From IMG/VR virus record IMGVR_UViG_3300010346_001536: 64,000 nt of DNA; one strand, 5' to 3'. This stretch comes from a virus. Its lineage: Duplodnaviria > Caudoviricetes. The notes below the pieces were generated by a model that saw only the letters and a list, made by a program, of their open reading frames with translations, searched no databases and was not told the DNA's origin. Shown piece after piece: positions 58,151 to 64,000 of this stretch (its first letter is position 1; each line of letters begins with the position of its first letter). The position numbers and the translations under genes are program-made.

Positions 58151-59002
58151 TTATAAGTCTTTATAACTTCCTATTTTTAATTCTTTTCCATCCCATAAGG
58201 CCCAATGAATATCATAAAGTACATCAAGACAAATATTATGAGATAATTTCATGTTATTTAAATCAGCAAGGGATGGGTTATATGTCTCAATAGGACGATA
58301 TACTATCTCGCCCCCCCTGTGAGAGGGGGGTTTCTTTAATATACACCAATGGGGGGGCAACGACTGGGGGGTGTGCCCCACGATTTGATTAATCCCCTGG
58401 AAGGGCTTAAATTCTCTTACAAAATCGCACCATGTTATGCCGCCCACTCGATGTATCCCACCCCGGCTATAACCAGCACTAAAAACCCATGAACTTTTAT
58501 TATTGAATATATCTTGAAATCCTTTATAAATCTCGTCGTTAAGATATTCTGTTAGTTTGACAATAAATTCAGAGCGTCCTTTTTTCCAACATTTTTTAAT
58601 ATTATCAGGTAAATTTAAAGTATGAAGACCGCCATGTGATATTAACCACTGGTTATCAAGAAAATGAAACCATTTTAATTTGTTCCATAATTTGGAATCG
58701 ATGTTATCACGAATAATATAATATTTCCATTGTTCATATCCGCTACATCGAAATTTAGAATAAGAATAGGCATAATGTTGGTCGTGATTTCCAAATAAAT
58801 GAATGCGATTGGGTTTAGAAAGAGAAGATTTTAGCCAATCACAAGTATTTTTGACTTGTCCAGGAGTATCATTAAAATCATCAAAATAATCACCGAGGAA
58901 AATTATTTGGTCTGATTTCACCGACTTAATAATTTCTTCGGCTTGTTTCCATTTATGATGTAAATCCGGAATGATTAAAGTTGTTGGATTTTTATTTTTC
59001 AT
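58151..59002 (-). CDS. calcineurin-like metallophosphoesterase
   Basis: PDLH, GDYFD, GNHD, SHGG, VGHT. Confidence 0.88.
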   Translation of the reverse strand: MKNKNPTTLIIPDLHHKWKQAEEIIKSVKSDQIIFLGDYFDDFNDTPGQVKNTCDWLKSSLSKPNRIHLFGNHDQHYAYSYSKFRCSGYEQWKYYIIRDNIDSKLWNKLKWFHFLDNQWLISHGGLHTLNLPDNIKKCWKKGRSEFIVKLTEYLNDEIYKGFQDIFNNKSSWVFSAGYSRGGIHRVGGITWCDFVREFKPFQGINQIVGHTPQSLPPHWCILKKPPSHRGGEIVYRPIETYNPSLADLNNMKLSHNICLDVLYDIHWALWDGKELKIGSYKDL

Positions 59003-59074
59003 AAATATAATCAAATTATTTTTGAAAAATATTAAGTTAAAATAACAATTGTTAATTAAACATTTAGTATTTTA

Positions 59075-59449
59075 TTACGAATTAAAGGGATTTATAATTA
59101 ACGATTTATCTTTTCTTTCCCATCCTGCGGCATTCATCTCTTCTTCGGAAACGACATTGATATTTTCATGGATGGTCATAATCATTATTGTAACATTTTT
59201 TTCTCTTAGCTTAGCGGCGTGTGAGGAAAAAAGTTTGGAAAAAGTAGGCATTATTGCCATTTTTTGAAGTGGATTTTCTACATCAATATTTATGATAAGT
59301 ACTGAATTAGGCTTAATGTCATCTATGTTGACCGTAACTGCTTTAACTGTTTCTGGTGGCAAGGTTACTTCATTTGGACGGGTTTTATCTTGAGAAATTA
59401 TTTTTTCTCCTTTATCAGAAGACATTGGTTGGGATTGTTGATTTTGCAT
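59075..59449 (-). CDS. hypothetical protein
   Basis: Start reassigned to MQNQQ (59449). Confidence 0.55.
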   Translation of the reverse strand: MQNQQSQPMSSDKGEKIISQDKTRPNEVTLPPETVKAVTVNIDDIKPNSVLIINIDVENPLQKMAIMPTFSKLFSSHAAKLREKNVTIMIMTIHENINVVSEEEMNAAGWERKDKSLIINPFNS

Positions 59450-59612
59450 AATTATTTTCCTTTGACTTTGAACGAGTATATTTAGAGTATTTTTTATATT
59501 TACGATTAGTATGCCAATCAATCGTATCAAAATTTTTGAACCACTTTTTGTAGTTATATCCTATAACGGGTCTCATGCCCTTGCCGGCATTTCTAAATTC
59601 TTTTTTAGCCAT
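59415..59612 (-). CDS. small basic hypothetical protein
   Basis: MAKKEFRNAGKG.RP...NFDTIDW; start overlaps the end of the upstream gene. Confidence 0.5.
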   Translation of the reverse strand: MAKKEFRNAGKGMRPVIGYNYKKWFKNFDTIDWHTNRKYKKYSKYTRSKSKENNYAKSTIPTNVF

Positions 59613-59925
59613 AAATTCGTAGAGAAGCAGATTTATACAAAGATTGTATTTGTTCTCGAAGAAATCCAACTTTAGTTTCAATTTCACATATTTGAGAATA
59701 TATCTTTAATTTCTTAAAAAATCCCTTGGTAGTTTCTAAAGATTTTCTAAGTTTTTTAATTTCAGTTACTTTTTCATAAAATTCATCTGTCAATTGATAA
59801 ATTCGTTCAAAAATGGGTCCGCATACCCGTTTTCTTTCATTAACAACAGCATTTACAAATTCTCGCGGGTCTGTTATATGTATGGGAATATTGTCAAAGT
59901 TAAATTCTGGTATATGGTCTTTCAT
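59605..59925 (-). CDS. hypothetical coiled-coil protein
   Basis: 106 aa ORF with ATGA coupling to the kinase gene. Confidence 0.55.
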   Translation of the reverse strand: MKDHIPEFNFDNIPIHITDPREFVNAVVNERKRVCGPIFERIYQLTDEFYEKVTEIKKLRKSLETTKGFFKKLKIYSQICEIETKVGFLREQIQSLYKSASLRIYG

Positions 59926-60398
59926 GATAATTTACTTATAAAATCAACTTCATCAAACTCTGGGATTTCGGGACGTTCATAGCGGCTCAACATATTATCA
60001 ATGACTTCTGATGGTACATTGCGGCCTCCTTCTGCTCCCCGCTTGGCATTTCTGGCCAAAAGGGTAAGTCTGTCGCATTCAAAAACCTTAGCCATCACTT
60101 TGGCCCCCCTTTCCCTAGCGATTTTGATAAACGCGCCGCGTGCTTTACGATACATGTTAGTTGCGTCTAAGATTGCGTTTTTTCCGCTATCTAACGCTTT
60201 CTTTACTTGAAACTTGGCCAATTTGAAAGCCGGTCCCGATACAGATTGGTCATGGGACCCAGCACCCAAAAAACGGCGGTTATCATCAGGACATACACGT
60301 ACAATGTTTGGGTCATTTTTTGCTAGGTTTTTGGAAAACGTACTTTTTCCAGACCCAGGTGCGCCCACACAAATCCACAAAATTTTATTAGATTTCAT
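59922..60398 (-). CDS. polynucleotide kinase-type P-loop kinase (AAA_33)
   Basis: GAPGSGKST, CPDDNR, LDATN...R, RNAKR, VPSEVIDNM. Confidence 0.85.
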   Translation of the reverse strand: MKSNKILWICVGAPGSGKSTFSKNLAKNDPNIVRVCPDDNRRFLGAGSHDQSVSGPAFKLAKFQVKKALDSGKNAILDATNMYRKARGAFIKIARERGAKVMAKVFECDRLTLLARNAKRGAEGGRNVPSEVIDNMLSRYERPEIPEFDEVDFISKLS

Positions 60399-60409
60399 CT
60401 ATCACTTGT

Positions 60410-60438
60410 AATATACAACATCTCACTAGAATTGTCAA
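60410..60438 (-). promoter_or_regulatory. sigma70-type promoter
   Basis: Minus strand TTGACA-17 nt-TATATT. Confidence 0.7.
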
Positions 60439-60517
60439 ATGGTTTCTGGCACAAAAATTATGTTGAACAAAATCAGTTTTTTCATATTTTTAATAATTAT
60501 ATTGTTTATTTTGTAAT

Positions 60518-60922
60518 TTATTGTTTAGATATTTCTTGTTGAGCATTTTCTAAAACTAGAGAAATATTTTTTCTTCCTATTAAGTTCAGAGTGTGAATAT
60601 AATATTTGGGTATATCTATTTTTTTAGATATACAATATTCAGCTAGAAATTTGGCCGCTTCATATCCACTTTTCTCTTTAAAATTATGATATCGAATTTT
60701 TCCATAACTAATCATTTTTATATCATGAGCACATTTATGCTCTTCGTAGTGTTCTGGAGCAAGGTCATGGTCAAAAGACACTGTATCCGGAACCCCCCGC
60801 GATTCAATTATTTTTACAAATTGTTTATAAGTACGTGCAATTTCCCATTTCATAGGAGGAGCACCAGTCCATTTTACATCTTCTGGTAGTCTTGCATCAT
60901 CTAAAAATAAATTATATGACAT
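60518..60922 (-). CDS. cyclic-phosphate-processing receiver domain protein (cREC-like)
   Basis: LFLDDAR.P, SFDHDL, SGYEAAKFL, HT.N..G..NI. Confidence 0.75.
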   Translation of the reverse strand: MSYNLFLDDARLPEDVKWTGAPPMKWEIARTYKQFVKIIESRGVPDTVSFDHDLAPEHYEEHKCAHDIKMISYGKIRYHNFKEKSGYEAAKFLAEYCISKKIDIPKYYIHTLNLIGRKNISLVLENAQQEISKQ

Positions 60923-61664
60923 TGTTGATTTTTTGTTTTTTACGTTGATTTTTAAATAGAGGATTAATTACTTTTCCAGACCATGCTTTTTTAAGTACAG
61001 TACTTGTAAAACTTTCAAATGGACGAATAACAATACCTTCGGCCGGACATCCATTAGGATATTTTTGTTCGCTGGCCAATTTTACTATTCCATCAATATC
61101 ATATCCAAAAGCAGTACCTTCTGTAATGACAGTAACCATTATTAAATTATATTTTTTACAAAATTCTGATAAACGTTTGAAATTTGCATATGTACGACTT
61201 TTAATATCAAATAAATTAAATACATGCAATTCCATTTCTGTTAAACCAAGGGGATTTTTTTGAATGCCCGGCCCACAGATTACGCCTTGAATAGCCCAAG
61301 ATTCATTTTTAAATTCTGTTTGAAGGGCATTTTTAATATCATATTTTTTAGCCATTCGCCAGAAACCATTAGTATTGCTTTCCTTTAAATCCACATGTCG
61401 ACTACAAACGCCAAAATCGCCTCCATTAATATAAAACGTCCCGGAGCACCCGCTGTCTTTACGTGTTATGTAATAAGGAAGACCCCATAATTCTTCTAAA
61501 GCAGAAGGATATGTTCGTAAATTGTCCTCTTCTGTTACAATAAGAAAATTAGGAAATATGCCTTTTGATTGACCTGCTAATTCAGCAGGAATAGGAGTTT
61601 CATATTTTGAAATATTTAAAAATGAAGTAACATCAGTTCCTTCGGTTAAAATTAATTCTTTCAT
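60912..61664 (-). CDS. RNA ligase nucleotidyltransferase domain (DRB0094/Rnl5-like), atypical active site
   Basis: FP.F, TRKDSG, VCSR, QGVICGPGIQKN, FNLFD, EGIVIR, KVIN. Confidence 0.75.
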   Translation of the reverse strand: MKELILTEGTDVTSFLNISKYETPIPAELAGQSKGIFPNFLIVTEEDNLRTYPSALEELWGLPYYITRKDSGCSGTFYINGGDFGVCSRHVDLKESNTNGFWRMAKKYDIKNALQTEFKNESWAIQGVICGPGIQKNPLGLTEMELHVFNLFDIKSRTYANFKRLSEFCKKYNLIMVTVITEGTAFGYDIDGIVKLASEQKYPNGCPAEGIVIRPFESFTSTVLKKAWSGKVINPLFKNQRKKQKINNVI

Positions 61665-61678
61665 ATTAAAATAAAGGT

Positions 61679-62014
61679 TTAATTATAAACATAGATTAAC
61701 TGTCCATTTATTTCATTTATTTTTCCCCCGTGTATTTTTTCTAAAATAGATAGAGGGCAACAAACCCCGGCCGATTCGGCTCCTTTAAATTGAAAAGGAT
61801 TAATTTTAAATTTTTTATTTCTTAGAAATTCAAATTCTGGATGTTCAGGGACAATACTATCTGTAGTAATATAAATTACCAAATCTCCAATTTTAAATTC
61901 TCCCTTTTTAACTATTACTTGCCATCCGAGAATTTTAATAAGTTCAAAAGAATCAGCATTATTGTGCGGTTGTACATCCAACACTCGCTGAATTGTCGCT
62001 AAATTTTTGTTCAT
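61679..62014 (-). CDS. N-terminal OB-like domain of a DRB0094-type RNA ligase, as a separate ORF
   Basis: LATIQRV...HNNAD..EL...GWQVIVKKGEFKIGDLVIY...DS.VP..PEFEFL. Confidence 0.75.
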   Translation of the reverse strand: MNKNLATIQRVLDVQPHNNADSFELIKILGWQVIVKKGEFKIGDLVIYITTDSIVPEHPEFEFLRNKKFKINPFQFKGAESAGVCCPLSILEKIHGGKINEINGQLIYVYN

Positions 62015-62051
62015 ATCTATTATAAATAGATTTTATATTCTCTCAACCATC

Positions 62052-62079
62052 AATATAACATATTTCCATTGAAAGTCAA
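62052..62079 (-). promoter_or_regulatory. sigma70-type promoter for the ligase unit
   Basis: Minus strand TTGACT-16 nt-TATATT with TG extension. Confidence 0.6.
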
Positions 62080-62106
62080 TTATTAATTTTTCAACTTTAT
62101 AAAAAG

Positions 62107-62135
62107 TTGCATCGTTTTAAAAAGTCTGTTAAGAT
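62107..62135 (+). promoter_or_regulatory. sigma70-type promoter (divergent)
   Basis: TTGCAT-17 nt-TAAGAT with TG extension. Confidence 0.6.
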
Positions 62136-62144
62136 GTAAATATA

Positions 62145-62792
62145 ATGAAAATTCAATATGATGAGTTATATGAGCAACAGGGTGGCGTATGTGCTATTTG
62201 TAAAAAAAATATTTCTAAAACAAATTTAAAAGCGGACCTTGTTAATGGAAAAATAAGGGGACTATTATGTCATACTTGTAATAAAGCTTTAGAAACCCTT
62301 AATAATGATTTAGGATATGTTCGGTCCTGTATGTCTTATCTTATGAAATATGATGAACGACGAAGTTGGGACGAATATTTTTTGGACATAGCAGAACTTA
62401 TATCTACCCGGTCTAAGGACCCCTCTACTAAAGTTGGAGCGGTTATTGTTAGAGATAAAGTAATTCTTTCAACGGGTTATAATGGATTTGTGCGCGGAGT
62501 TAATGATAATATTCCTGAAAGATATAATAGACCTGAGAAATATCTATGGACTATTCATGCCGAAGAAAATGCTATATTAAATGCCGCTCGTTGTGGAACT
62601 AAATTAGGCGGGTCAACTCTTTATATTTATCCTATGCATCCTTGTTCTAAATGTGCTTTATTCATAGCACAGGCAGAGATAAAAGATGTAGTTATTCGTA
62701 ATACTGTTGAAAATCCACGATTTGCCGACAGCTTTAAAAAGGCAAGCGAAATATTTAATGCTTGTAAAATTTTAGTTAGAAAACCAGAATAA
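62145..62792 (+). CDS. dCMP deaminase with N-terminal endonuclease VII-like domain
   Basis: QGGVCAIC...GKIRGLLCHTCN, then SWDEYF, RSKDPSTKVGA, GYNG, HAEENA, PCSKC. Confidence 0.88.
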   Translation: MKIQYDELYEQQGGVCAICKKNISKTNLKADLVNGKIRGLLCHTCNKALETLNNDLGYVRSCMSYLMKYDERRSWDEYFLDIAELISTRSKDPSTKVGAVIVRDKVILSTGYNGFVRGVNDNIPERYNRPEKYLWTIHAEENAILNAARCGTKLGGSTLYIYPMHPCSKCALFIAQAEIKDVVIRNTVENPRFADSFKKASEIFNACKILVRKPE

Positions 62793-62807
62793 AAATATAA
62801 AAATACA

Positions 62808-63239
62808 ATGAAAGTATCTATTGAACAAATCGAAGCAACTCTACTTGAGAAAAAAATTGAACTTCCCAAAGTTCGGGAAATTATTAAAGACTTACAACAA
62901 GTTATTGAAGAAGAAAAGGCAGAACGAGAAGCTAATAAGGTACCAAAAGCAAAATGGGAATATCTTATTTTTATTAATGACCCCGAAAAGAAAATTGAAA
63001 CCGAATTAACAGGGTGGGTTGTGAAACAACTTGAAGGACAAGATGCTAGTCTTTGTGCCAGTAAGCTTATTGATGCTGCTCAAACGCAGAATGAATCTAC
63101 AAAACGAAAAAAGTCTCTTATTACAGGATTTGGTGAATTGTTTTCTGCCCTTAAATCTAAGTTTTTAAAAGAAAAAGGACTTAAAATTTGTACTAAAGAA
63201 GCAGTTCGTGTCATTACTGTTAATGGAAAAACGCTGTAA
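62808..63239 (+). CDS. hypothetical protein
   Basis: 143 aa ORF. Confidence 0.6.
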   Translation: MKVSIEQIEATLLEKKIELPKVREIIKDLQQVIEEEKAEREANKVPKAKWEYLIFINDPEKKIETELTGWVVKQLEGQDASLCASKLIDAAQTQNESTKRKKSLITGFGELFSALKSKFLKEKGLKICTKEAVRVITVNGKTL

Positions 63240-63316
63240 AATTCATATATTAGTATAAATTCTTAAATAATATTGTTTAAATATTATTTTTTTTGTTCGC
63301 GGATATATTTATATTC

Positions 63317-63670
63317 GTGAACAAATATTATTTTATTTATATTTCTAAGCGGGATAGTTTTTATCCAATTGCCAAACAAATGATTATTGCTCATGGTTGG
63401 CATGTAACTGGTTCAGAAGAAGGTACGTGGCTGGTATTAGATTTATATCATAAAAAAGCCAGTTATACACACCAATCTCCAAATACCCGGGATAAAACAG
63501 TCTTAGTAGCGACTTCAATTTTAGAACTGGCACGTAACATTCCTACTATTTCTACCGTGCCAGCTGGCTTTGCAACCACTTTTACGGAATCTCCGCCTGA
63601 GCCGGAATCTCCACCTGAGCCGGAAGACCCGAGTTCCACCCGCGAAAACAAATTAACAATCGTGTATTAA
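63317..63670 (+). CDS. hypothetical protein with PEPES repeat (probably late/structural)
   Basis: GTG start after ATATTTATA (63305-63313); 18-bp duplication encoding ESPPEP twice. Confidence 0.5.
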   Translation: MNKYYFIYISKRDSFYPIAKQMIIAHGWHVTGSEEGTWLVLDLYHKKASYTHQSPNTRDKTVLVATSILELARNIPTISTVPAGFATTFTESPPEPESPPEPEDPSSTRENKLTIVY

Positions 63671-63671
63671 T

Positions 63672-64000
63672 ATGGCTAAAATAATCATTAATAATCCAAC
63701 TGGAGACTTTGAATATAGTTCGTCGGTTGCTACTAGCTCATACGCAAGTATAGTGTATGCAAATACAACCTCAAGCATGTATGAAAGCGGTAGTCATTTC
63801 ACCGGGTCTTTGGGAATATTTGCTTCGGGGTCATCCATCAGTGCTTCTATCTATATTAATTCTTCATTCAGTGGGTCAGTAACTAGCGGGTCGGTCTTTA
63901 GTGGTTCTATTGTAGGATATTTTTCTGGTTCGTTTTATTTTCCCGAATCCGATGTATATTTTGTTCATAGTGGAACCTTAGAAGAATCAAATTGGGATGG
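63672..64000 (+). CDS. Ser/Gly-rich probable structural protein (3'-truncated, not in ORF track)
   Basis: Translated by hand: MAKIIINNPTGDFEYSSSVATSSYAS...FTGS...FSGS...FSGS; open to the window end. Confidence 0.6.
   Translation, partial: MAKIIINNPTGDFEYSSSVATSSYASIVYANTTSSMYESGSHFTGSLGIFASGSSISASIYINSSFSGSVTSGSVFSGSIVGYFSGSFYFPESDVYFVHSGTLEESNWD

Noticed and set aside
61664-61681. Stop read-through joining the two ligase ORFs
   Set aside because: The ORFs are in different frames, the first ends in TAA, and the second has its own ATG after an AT-rich spacer; no clear slippery site.
2336-63651. Short antisense or alternate-frame ORFs in the track (for example 2336-2623, 14512-14751, 29750-30001, 36374-36559, 53466-53744, 63463-63651)
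   Set aside because: They lie within well-supported genes and show no motifs; treated as shadow ORFs.
1-64000. CRISPR array, tRNA or rRNA genes
   Set aside because: Intergenic gaps are short and AT-rich; no repeat-spacer periodicity or cloverleaf with a T-loop motif was seen by eye.
1-64000. Stop-codon reassignment as in some large phages
   Set aside because: Conserved genes are full length in the standard code, and TAG and TGA both end genes at sensible positions (for example TAG at 28053, 44933, 50726, 52528 and many ATGA overlaps).

Overview
AT-rich (roughly 30% GC by eye), gene-dense segment most consistent with a large tailed dsDNA phage carrying a T4-like replisome, read in the standard genetic code. 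Replication and nucleotide genes: family B DNA polymerase, gp45-like clamp, gp44 and gp62-like clamp loader subunits, SNF2-like helicase, PD-(D/E)XK nuclease, class II ribonucleotide reductase C-terminus, dUTPase, dNMP kinase and dCMP deaminase. A large share of the window is glyco-modification machinery: about 15 glycosyltransferase-like genes, 4 methyltransferases, a sulfotransferase-like gene, Gmd, and an RmlB-like + RfbH/DdhC + split transketolase + SDR module that suggests a branched 3,6-dideoxy sugar. A putative RNA end-healing/repair cluster (split ligase, cREC receiver, Pnk-type kinase, metallophosphoesterase) and several probable structural genes are also present. Best leads: (1) a CCA-adding-enzyme-like nucleotidyltransferase with a rewritten nucleotide-template motif (NHxxR for EDxxR), fused to a module shared with two glycosyltransferase-like proteins; (2) an unannotated, probably leaderless Trp-Trp-Trp peptide behind its own promoter; (3) an A9 frameshift in a hexapeptide-repeat gene; (4) apparent complete GATC avoidance; (5) a GC-richer glyco cassette whose left edge lies inside a GT4 gene. 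No tRNA, rRNA or CRISPR array was seen. All calls are from motif recognition by eye; no database searches were run.
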